DNA from: Utricularia gibba
Taxonomy: Eukaryota > Plantae > Magnoliophyta
NCBI GenBank assembly: GCA_002189035.1
Contig: NEEC01000015.1
Span: 1,736,001-1,800,000, forward strand
DNA length: 64,000 nt
Reading direction: 5' to 3'
Both the position numbers and the translations under genes were made by a program. Positions 11,851 to 23,682 of this stretch are shown one piece after another. The notes beneath the pieces were generated by a model. The model was given only the letters and a program-made list of their open reading frames with translations. It had not been told where the DNA came from and ran no database searches. Position 1 is the stretch's first letter. Each line of letters opens with the position of its first letter.

Positions 11851-12759
11851 GGCACAGCAGCCGCGCAAAGACCAAGGGTGCCACAGGAATTCCCAACTCA
11901 GGCGGGGTTCATCTCAATCCCATTGACTTCCCAGCAAACTGCTTCCCATCCAATAAATACAAGCAGATCAAGGAAAAGCGCGTTCAGATTTGTGAGTTAA
12001 TTAAAGGTAAAAGCGTGTTCCATAAACACACAGAGAGAGCGAGGGAGGCACATTCACAAAGGGGTGCTGAAGCTACTATACGCTATGGGAACACTAGGTG
12101 TGCATCGACTTAGGAAAGAAGGAAATAAACAATAATTATATTTTAGAGGCTTTAATGTGAAGAGTAGGTCGGGTTGTCACCTACTAGGCCTAGTAACGAC
12201 TTTCCACATGTCTCGTGTATTAGAATTTTAGACACTTCATTTTTAATGTTTGACAAAAGTGGTCATATAAAATTTTGTTTTTAGTATGTAAAAAAGAAAG
12301 GAAAGATGGGCATTTTTGTAAAAGACTCGCCCCCTAGTCTAACCCAATTCCAATTGGTTGCAAGTTGTAACAAAATACAAATTCAAACAAGTAAAAAAAG
12401 ATGAGGAAAAATTCATATCAAATACGACGTTCTTTCTAAAATTATTTATTTAATATAATAATATTGTAATAAATGTGTGTGATTATTCATAATAATGGAT
12501 TTTTAGTAACCAAAAATCATTTTAACTTAAAACTCAAATATTGACGATCTGAAAAATTGCTGAAATATATCATTACTTTTAAAAAAATAAAAATATTTTT
12601 GAGTTTATATTGAACATAAATTGAAATAAAAACCGTGATGATTTTGCAACTCAGGTGAAATAGTGTGTGTGTAGTTTGTATGATATGATGCATGTCCATG
12701 TATGTGCTTTACAACATATACTTATTTGGATGGCATCAGGTGCCTCGTCTCCTTGGGAT

Positions 12760-15581
12760 TCAGAAGCCAGCAAACTGAGTGTACACAGAGTATGCTTCTT
12801 CTGGAGACTGCATTCCTATGGGAGCCCGAGTGACATAGTCAGGGAGATCAAACGCGTCAACCAGCTCCTTCGCTATGTCTTTCACTTGGAAGCATAGGTG
12901 TTCTGTCAGCTTGTGTATTGCCTGCAGACATTGTTAGGAAGGTGTGATGCTTCTTGATAGAGGTGAGGTACCTTAGCTTTCCCTGGAAGTGCTTTTTTAC
13001 CTTGGCTTTGTTAGGAGCAACGTAGTCTACGTTGCGATATGTTCCGATGTCGTTCCATATGCGATCCAGGGCATATAAATCACAGACGAGTTTAAGGGCA
13101 GCCCGGGAAGATGGATCAGGACAGCTGCAGAAGAAAGGGAACGGAGGCGATGAGGAATGAATCAGAGATTGAGGAAAGGCGAAGAAAAACCAGGCTTACT
13201 TTTTAACAGCATCGATGAACTTTTCGAGTATGATGGACTCTATGTGAGATTCAGCAAGTGTTAGGAGGTGATTCAGGCATCGGTTCCAAGCACCAAATCC
13301 GCCGAGGGTTTTCGAGTGCTTCCTCAGGCGAACAGCTACGCTATGGAGCAACCGGGAAGTGCGATACTGCAAGCAAATTTAGCATGAGGAGATTTGGCTG
13401 GCTTTCTAGCGCACAGGGAGATAAGGAGAAAGGAAATACCCTGAAGGCGTCTAGCTGAAAACTGGGATTTCGCAGATGGTCTTCACCCTCCCACCTAGCA
13501 GTTACTGGATTAGGCTGTGATAGATAGGCGTTCATGGAGTCCCTCAGGTAGTTCAACGTCGAGCTCAGAGCGCCGCCTTGGAATTTCTCCTGGTACTGCT
13601 TCAATAGGTATCCTGCTACCTGAATGAACAACAACAAAAAAAAAAAAAAGTAATTTAAGGAAGCTGCATCTTTGATGAATGAACCATATGCAAAGAGAGA
13701 AGAACCTGCTGCAATAGAACAGTATTGTCCCCTTCAAACGTCTGAAATATATCATGGTCATTTCTCAAGATGCCAAATCGATTGACAGCTGCATATCCAT
13801 GGCCTCCACATGCTTCTCTGCAAATGCTTATCGACCTTGCTGTGTAAGAAGTGACATAAGATTTTAAACCCGCAGAAAGGGTGTGAACCTCAGCTACTAA
13901 CTGTTCGTCATTGGACTTTTTCATCTGGGAATATTTTTCCACTAAATGAGCAGTTCCAAAATGGAACGCGTACGCAGATGCCAACATTGGCATCAACTTA
14001 TGCTGCTGAGATTGATAATCGAGAATGCTAATCTCCGGCTGGTTTGGAGGACCAAACTGCTGCCTTAACAGAGAATATCGAACTGCTATTATAATAGCAA
14101 TCTTTAGGATGCCAACAGAGGAGTAAGCAAGGCCTACTCTCCCTCCAACAAGCTCACCAAGAGTGGCCGCAAATCTTTTGCTGATGGTTGGTAAGCTGCT
14201 TGTGTATTTCCCATCTCTGGATACATCTCCAAACCGATTAAGGAGATTGTCACGGGGAACTCTAACTGACCGAAATCTCAAAGCCCCATTGTCGACTCCG
14301 TTGAGTCCAACTTTGTAACCACAGTCTTGAATTTCCACCCCAGGAAGTTTCTCGTGCGTCCTCAGATCCCTGATTGGAACAATGAAGGCATGAACACCCA
14401 TATCCGTTACACCTTGGATGCTATCAGATGGTAACAAGAGCCTCGCAAACACTGTAGCAAATTTCCCATGTACAGCTGCATTGCCAATCCACCATTTAAT
14501 AGCCCCATCATTTGGCGTATGGATGATAAACTCATCCTTCAGCGGATCAAAAGTTGCAGTAGTCTGAATGCCTTGAACGTTCGAGCCTTCAAAAAAAAAA
14601 CCATATGAAAGGAATCAAACAGAGATGAATACATATCATTTCAGGCAATTCAGAAAAAAAAAAGTTGGAGTAAAGATAGAATGATCGAGTCTTACTAAAG
14701 TTCAAGTGATTACAGAGGAAAAGGAAGTACCATGATGTAGTTCAGTCATTGCAAAGCACCCTGGAAACTCTAGAGTATCAATTCCTTCAAAAAACTTGTC
14801 CTTGTGCTTTTTTGTTCCTAAGTTAATTATAGAGCCACCCCATAGGCTGCAGTGAAATGAAATTCAACATTTAGTGGATAAAAAGAAGTCTCTTTCACAA
14901 GCTACATTTCAAGAACCTGTGGCCACAAGCACACAGAATGAGCTTCCATCATATGAAATCATTACCACAGTACGAGAAGAACAAAAAGCACATGGTACAA
15001 ATCAAAATTGTCTCTGCATATAGCCTATTTGAGTTTCACACTCATACCGAAACAAAATCCTCTGAGACCAAATATGAGGCGAAAGAATCTCACCTGTACT
15101 GAACTCCCATCTTAATCCCTAACGAAATGTCAACACTCCCCACCGCCTCAAGAATCGCAAAGTACCTCGCCGGGTCTTCGGACACATACCTATAGGGCCG
15201 AATCCCTGCGTCTCGAACCAAAGCCATCAACTGTCTCAAGCAAAGGTCCCGATGATCATCTTTCGATATCTCAATCGGCGTCTGGAGATCCGGCCGCGAG
15301 TTGAAGTAATCGTAAACACTCTGTTGCACATCCCTATACTTCCCTCTCATGTAGTCACACAATTTCTCCGTTTTCACATCGATTCTCCCTCCACCGACGC
15401 ACGGCGACATGCCAAGTCCACCGGATAAGTCGTTCTCCGGGCAAACGTGCAACGACAGCAATCGGACCCGTCGAGCCACAACCGCGCAATCGCGATCATT
15501 GATTCCCTCATCATCATCATCCTCAATCATTGCTTCAACACTATTCCCAATTCTCGTCCCCATTTCCAGGGCTGCCGCCAT
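12760..15581 (-). CDS. ACX2: Peroxisomal acyl-CoA oxidase 2, 705 aa
   Basis: Exons 15581-15094, 14846-14731, 14586-13706, 13619-13440, 13366-13200, 13124-13001, 12921-12760; total 2118 nt in frame. Motifs [34 protein letters not shown]; PTS2-like RVRLLSLHV. Confidence 0.93.
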
Positions 15582-16818
15582 GTTGGTCGTCTCCCTTTTC
15601 AGGGGGTGCCGTAACCTGGACGACGATACATATGGTGGCGTGGGGCGGCTGGTGCTGGGCACGTGGCATATGCTCATTGGCAGATTATTGGCGCGCGTCT
15701 CGAAGTTAAGGATGAGTAGTTTTCTTCTTCTTATCACTAACGCGGTCATTAATTTAATGACGTGGAGATATGGACGACATCAGCGCCCACGGAACGAATC
15801 CTATTTAAGACACCACGTCCCATTTTTCAATACTTTCCAAATCCGAATAATTAATACATTTTTGGGTCAACAACACATATATTCAACGGATAATTATTAA
15901 AAAAATATTTATAATAATTTTTTTAAACATTTTAAAATATAATTAAAAATTATTGAATTAAATTCAATCAATTATAAAATAATTTCATAAATAAATCGAT
16001 AAATGATGAAGTTTAAGAACATCACACAACCTGTGTGATGCCCCGTCCCGAAAAAGTGTGGAATTGATTAAATGATGAGGTTAAATATAATAATCGTACA
16101 AATTTTGTACGATTCTTTTCTTCAATATCATGAAGAATCATTGACAGAAAATCTAAAGTTAAACATGTTTTATTTCGAATAAAACGAGGATAAATGATTT
16201 TAGATTATGCAATGATAGATAAAACGTAAAATTATAATAATTGAGTAGTATCATATAACACGGAGAAGGTTAGTTACAACCGCGGGTGTCGTTGTCCTCT
16301 CCGGCGGTTTTTTTCACCGCTGTCATTGTATGTCTAAAGTAAAATGGTGATGTCAATTAACGGACCGCCCCTCGAAATGGGGCCCGCCAGCACATTAACC
16401 ACCACCAAACTGTCGGTCAGGCCGCGCGCGATTGGGCTGACCGGTCTGATGCCCAGCGGTCCAACATTTAAAAAAATCATACCCATGACCATTATTATTA
16501 GCATGATTATTACATTAAATTTCACTCCGACAAACATCTCACATCCGTCCCATGAACCCCTGCAAACCATTCGATCGCTACCATGTTTATGAACGCAACA
16601 CTCACCCTAAACCCTAAATACATGTAATCACCTTATTAAAACACATAACGTTTTGTAATGTTTTAAAAAATACATGTCATCACTTTATTAAAACACATGA
16701 TGTTTTCTAATTGACCACTATCGCAAGTTTGAGGATGGTGGGATTAGTAAATTGCTCCAAATTTTTGGGGGATTTTTTATGAACGCCAGGTGGCAATTGT
16801 GGTTCCCAAGACCCTTAA

Positions 16819-17040
16819 GAATGTGTTTGGTATTGAGTATAAAGAGTGATAGTTAAATAGAAAAATAAAAATAAGATGTTTGTTAAATAGTATAAATTAT
16901 ATTCAGAATAAGTTATATCATGAATATGGAATAAAATAATATGATGAGAGTATTTGAGATAAAATAATATTATCATATACCACTTCTTTATATATCATCT
17001 CTTATACCTAGTATGATTCATCTATGTATCAAACACACTT
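16819..17040. mobile_element. Tourist/PIF-Harbinger-like MITE, ~220 bp
   Basis: Left end gaatgtgtttggta, right end tatcaaacacact (imperfect inverted repeats of the TGTGTTTGG type). TAA on both flanks (16816-16818, 17041-17043); AT-rich non-coding interior. Confidence 0.5.
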
Positions 17041-17668
17041 TAAATAAGAAAGATTAGAAGATAATAAATACGTACAAGAGAGATAATAGAAAAATGGTAT
17101 AAGTTGCGGCATCCCAGCAGCATTGTTGATTCATGAATCCGTTGGAAGTCCATGTTCGGAGAGTAAATGCATTTTCTCCCCATCCCAAGGCCAGTGGGTC
17201 GGCGACCCAATGCGACGCACATGTGGTGTTGGGTGCCGGTGAAGGCAACAGATTGAAGGGCCGAGATTCGGTCCAGGCATCCTCTCAGCAGCGCCGATCT
17301 CTGCGTGTGGACATCCAACGGCAGAGATTGGCGTGGTCCCTGGGGGAATGCCGAATCTGACCGGATTTCGGTCATGTGATATGCTGTGGAGTCTTGTCGC
17401 CCTGATCGCAGGGGGCATTAGTGGGCTGAGAGATCTTCCCCCACTGCGGACACGACACGTATCCGAACATTTCTCTTACAACGCAATGAAGCCTCACATG
17501 CCAAGGTCTCTTTGGCCCTCACAAGTAATAACATGGCTTGTGCCGGAATGTTCTTCCCTCAGACTACTCTTTATATACACGTAACTGCACCCCCTTTTGT
17601 TCTTGCACTGCAAACAAAACGCAACCTGATTTTTTTTGGTGTTTGGTCAACTGGGAAAAAGGATCTTC

Positions 17669-18429
17669 ATGGCTGCCGCTCTTGGTTTGTACGGTTCTTC
17701 TGGTAGCAGTCAGGGATTCTACTGTGATCCTTTTAGGGAAGAGCTTATGCAGGCGCTGGAACCGTTTATGAAAAACTGTGCTGCTTCGGGCCCGATTTCA
17801 TCTTCCCCCTTGGAGGAAACCCAAGTCTTCTCCAACCCTCACTCTGAGATTTATCACGAAACCGGGTATCAGTTTCAGCTCCAGGAACAGCAGCTGCAGA
17901 TGAGGTACAACCAGAATCTGACCTGTCTTGCCCGAAGCCGGCTGCGATGAAGGCTACACAAAAAGGGGTGAAGCTCTTCAGGGGAGTGAGACAGAGGCAC
18001 TGGGGGAAATGGGTGGCTGAGATAAGACTTCCTAGAAACAGGACTCGCCTCTGGCTCGGAACCTTCGACACCGCAGAGGAAGCGGCTTTGGCGTATGACA
18101 AAGCTGCTTACAAGCTGAGAGGAGATTTCGCTAGGCTCAATTTCCCCCATCTGAAGCATCATTTGTCTCAGTCTCATCCTCTCAGCTCCTCCGTTGATGC
18201 AAAGCTTCAAGCCATCTGTGAGAGCTTGGCGGAGTCGGAGAAACACGACACCCAGAATCATCATCTTATTCATGAGACTGTGAAGCTTGAGGAGCCATCC
18301 TCATCTTCCCCTTCAGACGAAGGATCTGAGGTCAGCTTTCTTGATTTCTCCAACTGTTCCTCATTCGAGGATCTGATGATGGACAAGTGCCACTCCATGG
18401 AGATCAATTGGGCGTATTCCCAGATTTAG
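17669..18429 (+). CDS. AP2/ERF transcription factor, DREB A-6 / RAP2.4 group; 1-nt frameshift as assembled
   Basis: N-terminal [16 protein letters not shown] motif and AP2 domain [20 protein letters not shown]...[21 protein letters not shown]. The two halves join if one C is added at 17931-17933 (LAPKPAAMK). Confidence 0.88.
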
Positions 18430-21400
18430 TTCAAGCATCCAAAGGAGTCAACTCCAGCCTCTGCAAGTGATTTTTTAGCATTTGCAGATGAGCTTCTTCT
18501 CTTCTAGGTCTATTGTAACACCGGTGTCGTATTGATGTTCGTACTAGAGCTATGATGTAGCAGTCGATCCCCTGGTTTCTTCACCAGGAGAGATCCGGCA
18601 TCAGTTTACTGCTTTGCTTTTCTACGTGTAATCTTCGTTTCAAGGTGTTGGAAACTCCTCTTCTAAGTTTCATCTCTTCTATCCAAGTATTTTTAAATAA
18701 ATTAAATAATACAAAAAAACAAGAACATCCATTGATTCCTTCTTTTCTTCCTTTGGAATCCAATCCTACATTTGGGAAAGAAATGGGATGAATCTAGGGA
18801 TATTTTACACTCGATTTGGGTGGAGAATATCAAGGGAGGGAATCTCTAGAGATGAAGATTCCCAAATAAAGCTCCTCCGAATCAACTATATGGTCGTCAC
18901 CCCGTCAACCTTGGTCAACTCTAATATTTTTAAAAAATTTCTGTTGACACTAATTAGGCCTATTTTTTCAACCTTATGAGACTTATCTTATAGGAGAAAA
19001 CCTTATGCTCGAGCCATTCAAAAATTCAAGATTCGATAAATCAAAAGAATACACATAAAATCTAAGTTGATCATTTTTATGCATTTTTTCACTTTTATGA
19101 ATACTTAGTTTCACTTTTATGAACATAAAAAAATATATATTTTTTTTTTTAAAAAAAATAGAATAAGGTTTACCACTTGAGTGGTAAGAACATGGACATG
19201 GTTCAGTTATTCACTTTTGCATCTGTGGAAATGGATCATTTCCTAAAATCTAAACCCAAATAATTAACGCTAATCCACGTCCTCTTCTAACATTCAAAGG
19301 TTTCGTTTTTGTCCGCTCAAGGTAATATTGGGCTTTGATCCTACTGGGCCGAACCCATCTTAGTTATTAATGGGCCGCCATTGCAAGAAGGACGGGGGTC
19401 ACCATCTTGTGTCGTTTTCTTATTTTTGTCTTGTGTGCGTGGGGTCCAACATTGAAATTGATTTTATTGATTTAAAAATTTGTACTTGGGGTTTTTCGAC
19501 TAATTTTTCAATTTTTTTTAATTTTAAAACAATATTGGAAATTTTTTATTAAAAGAAAATCATAAAATCTTAAAACCATGAAATCATGACTCTTTTTTAT
19601 ACTATTTCTCGTAAAAATAAATAAATAAATATGGGGTTATATTTAAAAAATATTTATAACTTCAAGTGTGTTCCATTCAGCTTATAAAAAAGATACTCGA
19701 TTTTACAAATTCTAAAACCGCGGCGGCTGCCGGAGAAGAAGACCCTGAAATATCGTGGGCAGTGCTTTTTTTTTTTATTCCATCAGCGTGTCACAAGAAC
19801 AGCATATACGACGCCTGGATTATTTAGTTTCCATTGTTTAGAATGGTGTGGCAATGACCATTGGCCTCTGAATGTATAAATGGCACCACTCTTGAATCAG
19901 AAGTATTTCAGATCTGCTGCATCCTCGTTTCCACCAGGGAGTTGTTGTCGTGAGTGGTGCTGGAATGGAATAGTTTTTTGTATAAAAAGAGAGCATGGAG
20001 AAAAAAACAAACAAGTTTGCATGGTCCACCAATTTGTGTTCGGGCAACATTCTGAGGTGGAACCTTGTAGGAAGGCCCCAGTTTTGGCACTGTATTTCCC
20101 ATCATCAGCTGTTTTCGTTGGCTGTGACTAAGAGTGTCGACATGCCGTCGATCAAACCGGAAATATCTGCCAGACACTTCTTACAAAGGAAAAATAAAAA
20201 GAGAAAGTGATAGAACATGATCAGAGATCACCAGAAAATAAGCAAGTTATGCAAATTCAATCTTCCCAATCCGTTTCCAGTTTCCACCTCAATAGTAAAT
20301 GTGCTTCGTTTCCGGTATTGATTATCTGGTAGGACAAGATTAGGGGTGGCGTGAGGAATGACCATTTCCAGATTCGTGGTGGAGGAGGCAACTTGTCATC
20401 TTGTGGATGAAAAGCAGGCATTTTCTTCTTTGTTTGAGATAAGAACAATGAAAGCCTTGAGATAAAGAGAATTTGTTGCGTTACTCCTCAATCCACATCA
20501 ACTCTTAAAAGACAGAAAGAAAGATTAGTTTTGGTGATAGGGTTTGGACACCACAAGCCACCGTCTCTTTTTCATCCCAAGGAGTAAAGAAGATCAGAGC
20601 TCTGGTTGGTTGGCCATACCTTTAACAAGTTGCTCTTGAGATATTAATCATAGCACCCATTAACCAAAATAAACGGTCCAAAAGGCGTTTCTCCATCACA
20701 TTCATCTCACTGTTGATTCACTACAATTATCAGAGTCGTTGTTAAGACCCCCTGGGCTCGATCGCAGTTCAAACAACTCTGGAAATTTCTAGTCATTGTT
20801 TCCAAGTGCATGAGTTTGTAATCTTTTTTTCTGATAAAAAAGAATCTCCTTTGTGTATCAGAGAAAAGGATGCGAATGAACAACAGTTATGCTCGGAACA
20901 TGAGATGAGATTTGAAAAGTTTTCTTTTCTTCTTTTCCATGCATTTCCCTTTTTCTTTGTTGTGCTCGGAACATGCGTGCACATGATAAAATACGTGTAG
21001 CAATCTAAAACGAACACCATGCAGCCAATTGAGGGTATTCAGACCAAGTTATTCAGCCAATTGGGAGTAGAAAAGGATACATTCACAGCGTCAACACGTA
21101 AGAATTTTGCCATGTTCAGGTTCACCGAAAGCTGCAAATGTTGGCAGATACATTAGATTCATTCAGTCCAGGTGTCCTGGTTTCGCATGGACTAAGCCTG
21201 AATCTGTGGGTTGAGTCTAATAGTGAGTGGGGTGCAGACTACACATCTTGATAGCGAAAAAACACTCTTTCATGCATGCATGCTCCTGGATTCGAACATT
21301 CAAACCGACCACTGCTTCGCCCATACAGAATCACAACTGTGGTTGAATCTAGAGAAAGAACTAGAACCGAAAGGGAGCTCAGTGAAGGTCATGTCATGGT

Positions 21401-23682
21401 TTGCTTCATCATTTCGCTTATGGCTTTGATGGTGCATTATCAGGTTACGATCATAATAATTTCGAAACATTATTTTATACAAATGAATTCATCTGAACCT
21501 GATGTCCTGATTATGCCCGGATCTGGTGCAGGGAACAGAGGGGTGGTATGAAAACATAAAAGGCACATGGGGGTGACGGGCACACTTGAATATAAATCTT
21601 GATACGTCTCGATCTTGAAACCTAGTCATATTATCATATTTGAGATGCCAATCCCACTTGCTCGCCCCCTGGAATCAGGACTCCCATGGCTTTGGGCATG
21701 CAACGTTCGTTAATCCCGGTTTTCTATGAGTTTCTTCCCATTTTTCTAATAGGGTGATCTGAGTTCTAACACGAAGATCTGTGTCCTAAATGCGGAATGC
21801 TTCTATGTATCATCCGGGCGAAGGAGTTTCGACCTCTTCTCGTCTTTCGAGAAAACCCTCTTGGAAGCACAGGAAGATGCAGTATGAAAAGAAAGAGGGA
21901 GGAGATTGGAAGTCGAGCCCCATTCATCAGAATCGATTATGCAATCGAGATTCCATTGTCATTTTCGAATAACAACCCAGTCATGGTTTCTGGATCTGGT
22001 GTTTATGTATGCAGTTGTGGAGCATGATGCCATGTCCTTGAGAACACAAGAACATACATAGACCCCTTGCTTCAATTCCCGTATCCAAGATCTTGGCTCT
22101 AGATTGGAGAAGACAAGCCAAGTTCCACCTAATGGCATCACGTTGAAACGGATCACAGAATTTGAATCTGAAAAAAGTTCTACCAAACACATCACCGATC
22201 CTAATTCCACTCAAAAGTGGGCATTTTTTAAATACAGTCGACAGTGCAGTGACCAATAGTAGAATCAATACATGGTCTCTTTAAAAAAATTCGGTTTTAG
22301 TCCCTGGGGAAAAAAAAAAGTATAAAAACCATTCAGTGGGTTCCCTCTGCGAGCCAGCCATATTTCTGGTGCCACGTTGCCGTGTGGAGTTTGGGGCCAC
22401 GTGGTCGGACATGGGGATGCGCCCGCAGTAATGGCTGCCTCTGCCGACGCGCATGGGCTGGGGACGGCTGATAACCCCACGTGGGGCTTCCGAGTCGGCA
22501 TCCCCTTCCTACAGTACCCTGGTTCTCAAACAGACAGTACGTGGGGTTTCTGAGTCGCCCTCCTCGTGCAACAGTTCCCCGTTCTCAAAAAGACAGCACC
22601 AGTACCAGTACACGGACATCATCAAGCTGTGATTCCAGCAGCAGTAGACTGATCCACTTAAAACACATTATTCATGTATAGGATCCCAATTAATGTAATT
22701 AAAAGATTAGATTCAATTGATTACATTACAAAAATCAAAGCTATAGTTACTTAAAACAACAAGAGTAATACTCAAAGTACAACACGTCTGTGTTTGGAAC
22801 TTGGATGGAGAGGGTTGGTCTGCAGTGACAAACAAAACTGGGGGCCGATGCCTTTTTTGACATGGCAGCATCTGGTTTCCTGTGAGTGACTGTGCGGTTA
22901 CCATAACCAAGATTTTAATTGTGTTTTCATTAGTGGAGGGGACCATCAGCTTCTTCCTGGTTATTATTATTACTACTTTTTCTTTTTCTAATGCTGTGAT
23001 CGGTCTCCATCTCCATGATTTGGCAGACACCGATGTGGGATCATCCCAACTGTTCTTTTTTCTAGTGACCAAGGATCCAATAGTATCATCAACTAAAGGG
23101 GATTTAGTTATCTACCAAAACAATTTGAGCCTCATTATTTTTTTATTTTAATACAAAATATTTTCCGACAAAGAGTTAATAATTAATATGAAGAAATAAT
23201 TGAGCTTTGGGTTTTTTAAATTAATTAAAATAAAATTCAGTTTTGTGAATTTTGCTGGAAAGGAGAAGCACTAAAGTGGGGCCCGGTGACTCTTAAGCCA
23301 CCACTTCGGTCGCGGTGGTCTCCTCCCTCCTCTTCCTCGCAAGGCCGCTTTTTGCGTCTCGTGGCGTCCTGCTGCAACTATAAAATGATCAAACTTTGGC
23401 AAATCTTTCTCACCTGTTTCAAGAACCCTATTTCTTCTACTTTTTTCTGCGGCATCTCTTCTTCTGCTGTATTTGGAGAGACAGGGGAACTCTGTTTCTT
23501 CATCTTGGTATATTGATTCGCAGCATTCCAAGTTCGATTCATCACTGTGTTGTTGTTTTCCGCCGTTTCAGGTGTTTGATGGAACATTTAAGCGGTTCCC
23601 TCGTTGAGGGTTTTATTGAGATATCAGAAAGATGTGAGTTTGATGGTGGTTTTCGTTTGCTGTCGTTGTTGCAGGACCTGAG

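Noticed and set aside
16605-16618. (CCCTAAA)2 telomere-like repeat, with a similar one at 30517-30532
   Set aside because: Too short for an interstitial telomere; such telo-box motifs are common in plant promoters.
19838-20210. Overlapping short ORFs with faint resemblance to SIN3 (LGPSYKVPP) or NAC (MVHQF) motifs
   Set aside because: Matches are only a few residues, with no extended alignment or consistent splice structure.
20890-20975. 13-bp direct repeat TGCTCGGAACATG, two copies 73 bp apart
   Set aside because: Only two copies and no recognisable motif; not CRISPR-like, and could be chance or a small duplication.
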